Source of the DNA: Raillietiella orientalis
Taxonomy: Eukaryota
NCBI GenBank assembly: GCA_036172245.1
Contig: JAYWIR010000085.1
Location: 62,001-126,000 of the forward strand
Length of the DNA stretch: 64,000 bases
Direction: 5' to 3'
A program made the position numbers and the translations under genes. The notes under the pieces were generated by a model that was not told the DNA's origin, did no database searches, and saw nothing but the letters and a program-made list of their open reading frames with translations. How positions within the stretch are numbered: position 1 is the first letter of the stretch; every line of letters begins with the position of its first letter. Positions 1 to 13,200 of the stretch are shown one piece after another.

Positions 1-1231
1 ATTCCTTTCCCTCCTCTTCCGTTGCCTTCCTACTGAATGTTTCCCGCTCCTTCCTCTCCCCAGCTGGTGACTGCCCCTCCCTACTTTGTGCTCCACTTGC
101 TGTTGCCAAGGATACCAGAGATGACTGGTCGAAATGCGTTCGATTGGGTGAGGGAAGAAGCTGGAGAGGTCATGCCGCCCTTTCCCCCTTCCCTCTATCT
201 GAGACGCTTGAGGAACCTCCAGAAGTGGCACGTGGAAAACCGATCGGCCTCCGAGCTCTCATGTCGCCAGGAATTTCCCCTTGAGGCATTTTGTCTCCTG
301 GTCCAGCTCCAAGGTCAGTCATAGGAACTGCAAAATCGAAGAGATGGGGGATGGAACCCGGGGGATACTAAGAGGAGACATCTCGGATCCCATTCGCGTC
401 CGTCCCCGGAGAAAGCGGAGAAAGGTGAAGCCAAGCTGGGATGGGGTGAAATGGGAAAGAGGGGGGGGGGGCGAAAAGCATGGAAGGAGAAGACCGGATA
501 CGGAGTCTGAATCGGCGCCGAGTAGTATCCCTCAACAGAAAGTGGCCTCGAGAAGTATCGGAAACCAAGATCTCCCAGGGGAGAAGGACGAGTAGCAGAA
601 GAGATCCTTCAGTGCCTCGTCTTCTCCCCGAGACTCTCTCTGCTCTGGGTGAGCCCCCACCTCCTGCTCGGAATTCCCTCTTCCAGACTGCCGGCAGAGA
701 TGGTAGCCATGGAGGGGAGGGGGGAGGGGAGTTACTATCACACAGGCACTCGGGAAGTGTTCCCGCACTCTTCCCCCGCTCCCTGCTAGGTGCGCTTTCG
801 GTAACGCCACGAGTTCCTTTTCCTTTTCTTTCCCTCTGGCGTGACGGTGGGAACCCGATCCCTCGGGGGAGACGGGTAGTAAGCGAGATTGCGTCATGGT
901 GGTTTGCAGGGTGAAGGGTGGGAGTGGAGGGCACCGGCGAGATTAGCCTCACCCTTCCTGCAAGCACCACCTGCTCCCCGGCCATCTCTCCTCTGTCTAG
1001 AGTTCTTCCTTGCGAAATGATCCATCTTGCTTGCGGACACTCCATCCGATCCCAAGAGCAAGGAAGACGGGAGAAAGATGGGCGTGGCGGCTCCCCGAAT
1101 TCTCCCTTAGGGTCTACCCTCTAGGCACGCCACTCGGGACTCAAGGAATCCGGAGGCACCTGAGATCCCCGACATTAAAAAGAGGTCCTTCCAGGTGGTC
1201 TAGAATGCTGATTGGCACGTTCTAAATGCAG

Positions 1232-4200
1232 GAAGAAGAGAAGGGAGTGGCGTCTTCGCTCGTCCCAGCGTCGCGCCCTTCCTCCGTCGTGAGGGTCAAG
1301 AAGACACAGATCAAGACGTACCGGAAGAGCTACGGAGAGGTGAGTGCAGAGCGCGCATGCTTGCCCTCCCAGAGAGAGTTTATCCCATCCCTTCCCGTCT
1401 CCTGCGGATTTCCTGGCACCCTCCTGCCGCCCTTTCTCCGACCCTCGGTCGAATCCCGGCTTGGCCACTCCCCTGGGTCGAATGCCTCCCGGGAACCTTT
1501 GCCCGCAGAGGCTCCCCGCTCTCCGGATGCGCCCGGGTGCTCCATACCCGTGTCCAGAGGGAAGAGGAACCCACGCCGGCGAGATTCTTTCCAGTTCCCG
1601 CCCAGCTGCGGGAGCGGTCCAGCACGAGCCGGGGCGCGCGGGACGCTGTCGCGTACGCGCGAGCCAGCGTGAACTCCCCCCCGCCATCAATCCTCCCCGA
1701 GACTTTCGCCGCTGGGCTCTGACCCCCCAGGATACCGAGGGGTTTTCAGCATAACGGGTGGGAGTCGCCATTGGCAACATTCGTCTCCAGAGGAGATGAC
1801 GGAACGCCGGAATCGCTAGAGGGAAGAGTTTTTTATCCCGCTGCTCTTTGCCTGAGCGCTCCGGATCCCTTTCTGGAATTCCAAGTGTTTCCAAGAAACT
1901 TCTGCAGAAAACGAACTGGAGAAGGACAGGAGTCCTCGTGGTTTCCAGCTCGCCCTTTACTGATACCGCTATGCTTCCTCGGGGGCCTCCCTATACCTTA
2001 AGGTGTGGGAAAGGGCGCTTGGAAACCGGATCCACTTGCTCAAAAAGGAAGAATAAAGGAGATCCGAGGGATTTTCTCCTCCATGGGAGGAAAATACCGG
2101 GATGCGAGGGAAAGGCAAAAGCAAAGAAAGGGACAACCTCGAAGTTGAGAGACTTTCCGGAGGACTCTCGAAAAAGGGGGCAACGAGGGAAGTTTTTCCC
2201 TCTTCCGGAAGAGGATGAAGCCTCAGCTCTCGTGAGAGGTCAAGAGGGTCTCATCTGGGAGATGAAAGGGATTGCATACTAGACCTGCCTCGCGGGTCCT
2301 TGAGGAACACAGGGGGCCTTCTCTACGATGCAGGCATCCGTCCCTGCTGCCTCCTGTCAGGATCCACTGGTGCCAGGAAGAGCAGGGCAGGGGATGAACT
2401 CAGGTAACTCCGCTTCCTCAGGAGGCCGATGAAACTTTCCTCCAGAGGAGCTCCTCGATGGTCCGGAAGATGCTGATTGGCTTCCTCTTCACCGTTCTTT
2501 TCTCCAAAAAATCCCCCAATCTGTCTTTTGGATGGTCCTTCCCTCAATCTCTCCACCTGCTCATCATGGACAACCTTCTCAGCTGCCCATCCTTTCTTCA
2601 TTTGCCTCCGGCTCCACTAGACCGGACATGGTAGTTGCCCTCCTGTCCGCCTCACGAGTACTCTCATCCCGAGAGACCGAGAGCATTTCTCGCTGGTCAG
2701 TTTCTGGAGCACTCCGAGCTGACAGAGTGCTCTTGGGATGCCCGCTACCGACGGGAAAAATCTCGGGACCGAGTCTGTCTCTCTAATTCTCAACTCCGCC
2801 TCACCAGGTATCTCCTGGAGTCTGAGATGAGTCCCCAAGAGAAATGCAAATGAAGATATCGTCAAGGAGAGAAAAGGAAGAGCAAGGAGAAGGAAGAGGG
2901 TAGACAGGACAGACAGGACGATATAGACAGACTTCTTCCTCTTCTTCTCTTTCTCCTCTTCCTCCTCTCCTTCCCTTCCTCCTGCCTCCCTTTCCTCCCT
3001 CCCTTCCTCTTCCAGTTCCCCTTCCTCCTTGAGTGCATGTGCTCATCCGTTTTCCAAGGAAGTCACGTCTTTCTGGCTTGCGTGCCGGCAGGCTGTAAAG
3101 CTGAAGCGGGGTCATTGGGATGGTCCTGGAGCAAGCGGGGAGAAACAGTTAGCAAGGGTGGGCACGCGCTCAGTCTTGAGTTTGACCTGCCCCTCCTAGG
3201 CACGTTCCGCTTCCTTTCCGACGCAGACAGGAAGCTGCGAGCAGATTGCAGTGCGTGGTGCTGATCTTTTGTCTGCCCTTGACCTTTGCATTTATTCTTC
3301 CTTTTCAAGGAACCTCACTGGGAAAGCGTCTTCAAGAAGGAGATCAGGATATTCAGGGATGGCAGGGTGGAGTCCCAGGAGAAAATGAAGGCGAAAAACT
3401 CGTGCAAAGTGCCCGAAGACATCAAGCAGCTCTTCCGTACCGGTAACTTACTCCCACTCGTCAATGAGTCCATTCTTTCTTCTCCACACTTCCTACGTTC
3501 TTGAAAAAGTACCACTGGCCATTCTCGAGGCCGCTCTGACTTCAATGGAGAAGCAGCGTCTTTTCGTCCGGGACGAGTCGCTTTCAGAGTGAAGTTACTG
3601 GCCTCCAGCTTCCATAGGAACGCGCCGTTCCACTCGTTTCCGCTTCACTAAGCTGTTCCTTGCGTGAACTTGCCCTAGGGCTCTCATTCCACCGGACGAT
3701 TCAACACGAAAGCGGGCTGTTCAAAAAGGAATTCCGAACACCTGATTCCTTTGTCGCGAGATCCTTGCTGCTCTCTCTACCCCGGTTCAAGGAAAACAGC
3801 ATGCTTGAACCTCTTTTAGATTCACTTGCATTCCTACTGCACTGAGACTATATCCAGGCTCCATGTGCTCCTTCAAAATCTTTTGAGTCTCTCTTGAGAC
3901 CGCTTTCTTTTCTCAGACCTCCTAAACTGCTTTCTCCTCTATCCACAACCAGCTAAGACCTGAACGAGGCTTCCTCCAGCCAAACTCTAATGCCGGAGGA
4001 ATAAAGACGTAGGATGCCGCAACAACAGATGCTTTGCACTTCTCATCATAACCATCAGAAGATGGCATGGGAGTTTGACAAGCGGGGAGGGGCACGCCAG
4101 GAAGTAATCTGGATGCTCTTCGGAGGAAAGTCTGAGTGCATCCGTGTCTTTTCGTTATGCACTCAGCAACCGCGGCCATACCACGCATCTCCGCCTTCCC

Positions 4201-7200
4201 TTCGAAAGCGGAGGCCGAAAGAGCGGAATTCGGACAGGGATTGTTTGTGCAGGAGCTCCTAAAAAGATATCGAAAGCAGGCAGGAAGATCGGCGACCGTC
4301 TGGCATCCGATAGGCTTCACGGGTGTCTCTTGCTGATCAGACTTGCAAAGTCGGTGTCGTCTGATGCAGCGCGGTGGCCGAATCTCTTCGTAGCACGAGG
4401 CCTGTTGAAGGCACGGCGAAATAGTTGCGGCCCTTAATCTTCCACGGGAAATGGTTACAGGGCCATGAGATGCGCGCATGGGAGAAATCGGTCCGGTGCG
4501 ATGACTTTTCGTTAGTAGAATCTCTGACTGCGTGGGAGAGAGGTCGGCACCAAGTGAGTTCTAATGACACGCTGTGCTCTCAGAGGAAAACTAGGGGGAC
4601 ATGGACTTCAGAAATGGGATGAACAGTCCTCACAGGTTTCGCTTTCGAAAGATCACTCGGAGAACAGACATTCTTGCATCTTTCGGTCTCCTCCTCCAGG
4701 CACGGTGATCTGCGTCTGCTAATAGAAATTTCGAAGTCTGCTGCTCTGACAGAGAGTCCTGTTCCCGGAAGAGAACACTCTGAAGCTGGAAGCTAAAGAA
4801 TCCATCTTCTTCGTTCCGGCTGAACCAAAGAGTCTGACAGGGATCATGAATGTGGGAACTAGGAATCTTATGGGGTCAGACAGAGGAAATAGTGCTCATC
4901 TTGCAAGAGAGAGGAGAGGATCTTACTTTTCAGCCTGCACTGCCCCTGGGAATAAATGAAGACAACCGGAAGCCTCGAAAAAGCTTCCGGAGTCTACAAT
5001 GCAGAAAGAAAAGGAGTCAATGAACGTGTTGATGGAATGGAAGAATACAATTATTATCCCGGTTCTAATAACTCATTGCAAATGTGCGTGGCAGGCATCG
5101 GAGCATTGATCTGGAAGGAGAACTGCAGATGTGAGAAGAAATCTAAGCTAAGAATTCTCGAAAGAAAATCTTATCTCAGGAGCACCCGGAGGTGAACACG
5201 AGGTCCTTGCGTGGATCGCATCTCCTATCATCCCCGATCTCTATCTCCAATGCCATTGGAATAGGAAGAGCTAATTAAAATCGGATACGAGATTGAAGGA
5301 GCCGAGACTTTCAAGGGAGTCTCGGAGCGTGTTTCCCGGAAGACACCTTCTCAGAGCGCGTGCCGCTGTGCGCGTAAGGAGGGAAGGTGATTCATGAATT
5401 AGTGTGAGGTGCATGGAAGACGCAGAGTCTGGAACAAGCGAAGGAATCTTCTAGAAGAGTAGAGGCGTACCGATGGAAGAGAGGGTGAGGGAACTGAGGT
5501 GATGGGAAACAGCAAACTGAATTCACCGGCTCGGGAAGTGCGTTTTTCTCCAGCACCCATAGGGTGACGGTAGCCCTAGCGGACTTCGTGCTCCCGAGAA
5601 GTAAAAAAAGAACTTCCTCGTCTATGCGGAAGCCTCGGCAGTGACAAAGAAAAACAAAACAAAAAAAAACAGTCGGTGTCAATGGCGGGCTGTTCAAGAA
5701 AGGAGCAGCAACGGTCTTGACGACATCTTCGTACAAAACAAAGTTCCCTTCTGTGAGAGCGGACGACTTCCTGTGATTTTTTTCTCAGGACCGTCGTAGA
5801 GAGGAAGAGCGCACAGAGAGATGCAAGTCAGTAAAGGAAAAATAGGATCGGGAGACAGGCGGATTCTGTAGTTGTGGAGCACGGAGTTCCTACCAGCAGC
5901 CACGGGTGGTTTTTCAAGAAGTTTCCTTCTCTCAGGTTAAAAAATCCGTGATTTTTTTTCTCGTTCATCTTCTCGCTTGATGTTTGAAACGCACTTGGAA
6001 TAATAAATAGGTGCTGAGACGTGAGGAACCGAGGACATGGATACTAGAGCGAGGGAGGCTTTCATAGGAGATTCGAATATTTTACAGAGATCATAAGATT
6101 TTTCGAATTTTCGTGAACATCCACAAGTCACTCCTGGTACAGTAAGCAAGAAGTGTGGATCACGGAGCTCATTAGTTCACGGTGTATCTCTGCTGCTTCA
6201 CGATGACTGAAAAACTTTCGTTGAGAAACAAGCAGACTCTTTTGGCCCTCTCACTTGACAAATCATGAATTCCTTGATGGTGCTCTTATGTGGGATTTCC
6301 TCGAGACCTCTGGACATCACCGTGAGAGATCATTTCTACTGCTCGAGCATCTGGCACTATTCCTGGAAAATACTATCCTTCGATTTTCTTGGAACTGCGG
6401 ACACTCAGGACGGCATCTTGTGCCTCTCTTTTGATCAGAGATGCTGAAAACGACAAAGGGAATAACAATGTTCCCTTTCTACACAAAGGGAATGCATTTT
6501 TAGTTCGCTTGAACTCAGAGAGCACTCCTGGATACGAGTTTCACGGAGTCGCCTTCCGCTCATCTTTGCACTTCCTTCTGGTAAGCGGGAGGTACAATCC
6601 AGAAAGGAGAGTCAGGAATTTTTGGCTCACCATAACTAGCAAATTATGTTCTGGCCGCCAGTTATTCGCCATCAGATGAGTTGATGCTTGAAATCTTCTG
6701 TACAGTTATCCCGATCTGTCATCATCTGTCGCAGTCTCCTCTGCCGATACCAATGGCTCCCCAAGAGCCTCCGTCCCTGGGTCCAAACTATCAAGCTCAA
6801 CGTGTCAAATGTTAATGGTCGACAATTTCTACGAGCTCGTTCTGTTTGTCAAACTCTTGCTCTCTTCTGACGCCACAGTAACTTTATTGGTCTCTCTCTA
6901 GGCCTCCTCTTTTCTCTTGAAGTTCGCGGTGTGGTTCTTCAGCAATTTTTCATCCCATATTTCAATTCGGCTCGGGAGAACGCTCCATTCCAGGAAACCC
7001 CAGTTGGGCTCTGTTACCCATGTTTAGTTTTGCTTTTATTCCTCTTGATCTATCATCTTTTATGAATCTGGTGATGTTATTTATAATAACGAAGAGCTCA
7101 TTAGACAAGCATCCCCTCGCACTGAGCGAAACATACATGTGCTACAACATGTGCTCAGTTTTTTTTTGCTACATTTCTCTTCTCTGTTTCGATCCTTCTT

Positions 7201-10200
7201 TTTCCAATCGTCTTCTCTCGAATGAAAAAGGAAGGAACGGCGCTGAGAAACTTATTTGTTCTGTATCTAGGCAAGGGGGTAATTTACTGATTTAGGTAAA
7301 GATGAATTTGATGTTGATAATTACTTAGATGACCTGAGTCCTTCTCAGCGTGCATCAGACCTTATCTCGATGTACATGCTTTGCATCGAAATACTCTTCT
7401 GGGATGCTCCCGACTGCTCGTGTTTAGGACCAGAATCCCTGTATATTGGATTGCTCTTTGAGTAATCTTCTACACTCATCTCTGGATTCATTGATTTCTT
7501 CACACGTGCTAGGGAAGGGTTTTCGTCAAAGATCGAAACTGCGGTATATGCCTGTCCAGGAAAGGCATATACCGCAGTTTCAGGGAGTGAAAAGTCAGGT
7601 TCAGTGAAGTCTCTCCTGAAGTTCAGTGTTGTTGGACAACGGAGGATTTTTCTTGCTGCTTTCGACGGTTTACTTAGACTTTCCAAAGCAGAAACTGAAA
7701 GATTACAAAATAACCTTCAGCAGACGCATCTTTGAGAGGAAGGTAACCGTTTCCACCGATTTTCATTCTTCGGATGCGCGAGCACCGAGACTCGAGACAG
7801 AAGCATTCTGTCAACATGGAAGGAACATTCTGACTCCTCTTTTATTTGCCCCTCGCATACATCTCTCCTGTACCTGGATGCGATTGCACTGAAGGGAATC
7901 CAGCCTGCAAGCTTCATTTTTCCATCGAGTATTCGGAAGCGGAACCTCGGAAGATATCAGTGATCCACCCGATGAGAATCTCGAAATAAAGCGAATCAAA
8001 ATGATATCCTGCGTGAAGAGGTTTCCGTAGCAAAAAGCGCATCTGTTCTTTTTCCGCTTGCCTAAAGCGTTCTGGAAAAGAAAATGTGCTAAACGGACCC
8101 TTCATCCTCGTGCGGCGTCGAGCAAATAGGAAAACGCCGTGCGGCTTCTGCCAATCGTACATCACGCGATTGCAACCCTGGTTAAGGAGAATGCTCAAGA
8201 TGTGGTTGATCCCATTGGATTAAATCATTTGTTGAGTCAATATCTTAATACTAGTCGAGTGCACAGCATTTGTTCTTAAAACATCAGAACACGGATGTGT
8301 GAACAAAATGCCCGAGATGGAAGAACGCCACAAGAATTCTCGGAGGCATGCCAGCTGCTCTTAGACGGAAGGTGTTCTTCCCTTTTTCAGAGCTGCCGGA
8401 AGCAGAACAATTCGCAAGGTTGCGTTTAGACCGCTATTGGTGTGTTTGTTAAGGAGCCAGAACTGTGGCTCAGCTTTCCATGTTGATCCTAATGGTTCGG
8501 CGTTGGCTCCATGAGGGCAAACTGGCGAACCGCATATAGCCAATTTCGGTTGGCTGGAAAATGAAAAGAAGAAGCAGAGTGGAGATGGACGATTCGAGAG
8601 GAGAGACCAATGCCGATCGAGTCTGATGGAGTAATTCATGAGCTTTGTGATCGATTCTTTAGTGTCACCAGACGCTGCGAGCAGCGGACCACTTCGCTGC
8701 AACACACCGCATGTGAGTCCGCAAGTTGATTCACTCCGCGTAAGCATCCATAACATGGATACTTACACGAAGTGAGTAGGCTTAGACGCTTTCCTCGCAT
8801 CCTCATTAAGCAATAATGATGCAAGCGTTTGAGTCACGTCACTGTGATCTCTTTAGAGCTTCTCTTCTGTCGGATTCTCCGAAATGTAGCAAGCGTTTTT
8901 CTTTCTCCAGGAGCTTTCTGTTCCAAAATTTAGAATCACGATGCATCATTAGGACGAATTGTTTTGTCGCATTTTTCTAAACCGATGCACCAGCAGAGGC
9001 GATGGTGACTTTTTTTTGCCAGACCATAAACAGAGAGATACTTTCTTGATATCCCCAGCATCTTCCTTATCATGGCGTTCTTTCCAACGAACGGCACTGT
9101 TAAGATAGAAGTATAGAAGCAAATGGCCGTCATAAATGGGACGTTTTCACAGATGTATCTGTACACGTGTACTTATTTGTAGATGTCTGCCTGATTTCGT
9201 CCGTTTACGTGCAGGCAGTTTTTTTGTTCCTGCTTTGTTTTGTTCCTCTGTTACACGGTGCTTCCAGCAAGAAGAGGTAATAACGGTAACGGATGCCCTT
9301 CCCGGTCTAAAGATTATCGATGCATTTACAAATATGCATTGTGCTGAAAATGCAGCTTAATTTAGCGTGCTGTGATGCTTGGCTTACAAAATGATCACAT
9401 CTGAGCTCACCCCTTGATTAGGTTTCCCATTCGTCAGAGTCGAGCCCGCTTCGTGGTGAAAAGGCTCCCATCCTGAGAGCCCAGGTGCTCTCGATTGCAG
9501 AGTGACTCTTATCGAGAGTCACTGCAGGTGCCATACAGTCGTTAGATGGTGCCTCGAAAGATTGGAATAGCAACTCGTATCTCCGTGCTCAGTCGAATGA
9601 GAATCTGGGATTCTTGGGAATCTGAGATTCTTCTTTTGCATCGACGGCGGCCGAAAATCAGCTCGAATCATTTACTCCTCAGAAAATCCAAGCAAAAGTT
9701 TCTGGTCTGAAAGCAGTGCTTCGGAAGAAGAACCGGAGGACTCTCTCCTGGATGCTGAAAAGCAAAGACGGAATCACCTCCCGCTGACGCATGTAGCTGT
9801 TCCTGAAGTCTCGGTCACGAAGTACCCCGATGGCAAAAGCCTTCAACCGGTGACACTACCTCTGTCCAAACTACAAAGAGTTCAGAGCTGCTTGGAGCTG
9901 TGGAAGGAGGAAGACCATCTCATGCATGTAAGGACCTTCTTTAAGAATTCTGGTTTCTAGATTCATACGTTTCTTAGAAAATGATAGGAAAAAAGAGAAC
10001 TCTTCAGAATGAATCTGTAAGCATCCCTAATCTCTATGAGTGCAGGCAACAGAAAAGAGGCACGCAAATCTTCGACACTATTGACTATCGCCTAAGCAGT
10101 TTTGGGAGCGAAAGCGACTATTTCTCTGCAGAGGAGGACTTTCAACAACCCTTGAAGATGCTTTCTGGCAATGCGCTGAAAGAAGGAGATAGCTCTTCGA

Positions 10201-13200
10201 CGATGGCAGAAATTAAAAACAGTTCGACCAAGAAGAAAATACTGAGAAGCTTCGATCGGTGGACAAGTTCTCTCTGGAGCAACCAGAGCAGCATCGGGTC
10301 CCTAGATGAAGAAAAACCTGCTTCGGAACTCCCCGTTGTCAGGAGCGATACTTATGTCACTAAGAGCGAGGAAGGCATGCAATGCTCTGGCATTCCTATG
10401 GGCGTAACCAATCCTATTGAGAAGCCTGCTAGGATGAAACAGGGGAATCCGAATACCAGTTTCTCCCCCTACTTCTCAGGGAACAACAAGCTGTTCTCAT
10501 TGTCAGTGAGCAACGTATCCACAACAGATTGCGGCAAGAAAGAAATCAGAGACAAAAAATGGAAGAGCGTTTATCTGCTTCTGAAAGACAACTCTCAGAT
10601 AATCTCTAAAACAGACAACAGCCACGGCTGCTTCGAAGACCCCTCTTGCGAGAACAGTAAGGTACTGGACTCGACTGATCGTAAAGAGCTCAATGCAACT
10701 TCAAAAGAGAATGATGGGGAAACGCCAGCTCCAGCTTTAGCGGAAACGAGAGCTTTTCTGGATGTTGACCTTGACCAAGTCAAGGAGCATGGAGCCTATA
10801 GTAAACGAGACCCCGAAGAGAAGGAGAGTGCTAGTCCAAAGCGCATATCCCTATCGAGCATCTTCCACTCTCTGAAGAACCGGAAGAACGAAAAGATTTC
10901 GAACTCTTCTTGCAGCCTGATGATGCCCGCCGTGCTGAAGATGCGGGAAGAAAACCTGAGGAATCAGCCCAGCTCCCAAGAGGATCTCAAGAAGCGCAAG
11001 AAAGTATCCGAAAGGTACCACAAGCTGAGCAAGAAAGCCTGTTCTGTGCTCCATCTGCCGAACGTCACGAGTAGCCTGAAGCAAAGAAACCCAAAGGTCG
11101 GCCACCTCGCCCAGGAGAAGATCCAATCCTCCAAAGATCACAGGAAGACACATGTTAGTATACATTTCGTATGACACGTGGCAATTTCGGGTCCGCAAGG
11201 AGCGATTCTTCTTCAACGTTTCTCATCTTTTCCTTCCTTTCAAAAATGACCTTCATGAGATTTGCGGGCATCCCTTTCCAGAAGAAAGTTTCGATGGAAG
11301 AGCCTCACGACTCAGACGAGCAGAACAGCAGATGGTTTGCAAAAGATTGCCTGGTGATCCACAACAGATACCGGAACATCCACTGTGCTCCCCCAATGCA
11401 GCTCAGTCTCAAGGTACTGTGGCCTCCCTTGACTTCCTGACCCCTCCCGGCCTTTTTTCTCTGGTCAGCTGTGCGAGGAGGCAGAGAGCTGGGCCTCGCA
11501 TCTGGCGAAAGTGGGGGAGCTCTACCACAACAGCAGCGTCAGATACGGAGAGAACATATATTGCTTGTCCACTAGCGACCACTCCTACCAAGTGAAAGCC
11601 GAAGAGTGCTGTCGCTACTGGTACGTTGAAAGCAAGAATTACTCGTATGATCTGGAGCCAGGAAAGGGCACTCTGAACGAAGGCAGGTGTACGCTACATT
11701 CATCCAATCCGCTGCGAGTTTCGCGGGGCGCAAGCCTCCCCCCCCTGCTCGAAATCCTTCCTTCCTGGATGACGAAGAGACGAATTTTCCAAAGGTTCCT
11801 GTGAGCACTGCGTTCCGCCGGGGATAGAACCAGAACCCGAACCCCCGCGAGGGCTGTCGTTGCTTCTGCCATTTCCAAGGCGATCCCCGTCCTTTGAATG
11901 AGCGCGGAAAGGATTCCACTGTCCCTCTTGGAGATCGTCAAGTGGTCCTCAGGCTGCTAGGATCCGTTGCGAGGTGGAACGGCCGCCTATTTCTACTCTG
12001 AATCTAAGAGAAACCCAACGCGTGTTAACGCTCCGCTCACGTGTTCGTGTCTTCCCGAGAAACTTGCACAGGGGGCATCGCAAATCCCTCGCTTCCTGAA
12101 ATCGTTTCCTCCCAGCAGCTCCCAGTGCCTTCATTCATTCTGCACCCGGCGAGTGACTGGAAGTCTTCGTCTTTTGACTCCAGACAACCTGGCAGCACGC
12201 GAGAGGCCTCCAAAAGGCTGGACTGCTCTGAGGCTGTCTCTGAAGCACTGGAAGAGCTTTTGAGGGGAAATCATTCATTCCAACTGCGAATGAAATGCCA
12301 GAAGAGCTGTCCTGTCAAACGGGCGAATCTCGGAAGAGAGGAATTCTGACTTTGCCAAAGGATTCTTAGCGGCATTCAAGTCTTTCGCTGCTTCCCTTGC
12401 ATTTGGCTGCCTCTCGCAGATGACTCTCGGCATCCTCGTAAGACTCATTCAACTGCAAGATTTTCCCGCTTCCTTAGTATCGAGTCAGCCTCTTCTTTTT
12501 AGAGATACGGCCGATATTGCATTCCGGCACGAGCGTTTGCTCTTATTTGCTCCACCAGGCATTCCTCTTCCGATCCCAAAGCTCAATGAGCTCGGAAAAA
12601 ACTCAAGCAGCTGGTTCTCATATACGCGAGATGAGGCAAAAAGTCCACCGTCCGAGGAGGGGATCGAAGCGATGCATGGACGAAATGGTGATGCTGTGTG
12701 CATTGGTTCCATCTCATGAAGGATGCCGGTCACTTTATCAGCACAAGCTGCATGTGAAGCAAAGGAGAGAGACGCTTGTTCAGGCGTCTTCCGATTAGGA
12801 TTCACGACCCTGATGTTCGCTGCGATACACCAGAACAAGGGGAAGCAGATAAATCTCTAATGCCAGATAGCATTTCGCATTGAGTCAAGTCGAGTCATTG
12901 ACGTGCTGCAACAGGAAAAGAATACGAACCAGTCCTTGTCAGCTGAATTATGTTATCGTGTCCTCCGGATTGTCCCCGATATCTTGATGTAGTCTCAGGT
13001 GTTTTGGTGAATGCCAACAGATCTTGCTACGCAACCATTTGAGCAATCTTTTCTCGCTCTTTTCGAGATTTGATGTGTCTGAGCACGCGATTCTTGTTCT
13101 CTCGAGAAAAACAAGGAAGATGCACGCGAGGATGAACTGATCGAATGCAGTGGTGAAAGTCCCCCAGTTTCCGGTTCGGTTTCTTGCTAAAAAGTTTGTG

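Noticed and set aside
9496..9526. Short hairpin (9-bp core), and similar 7-11 bp inverted repeats near 4967, 5301, 28160 and 44334
   Set aside because: Arm lengths are near chance expectation for 64 kb, and there is no other support.
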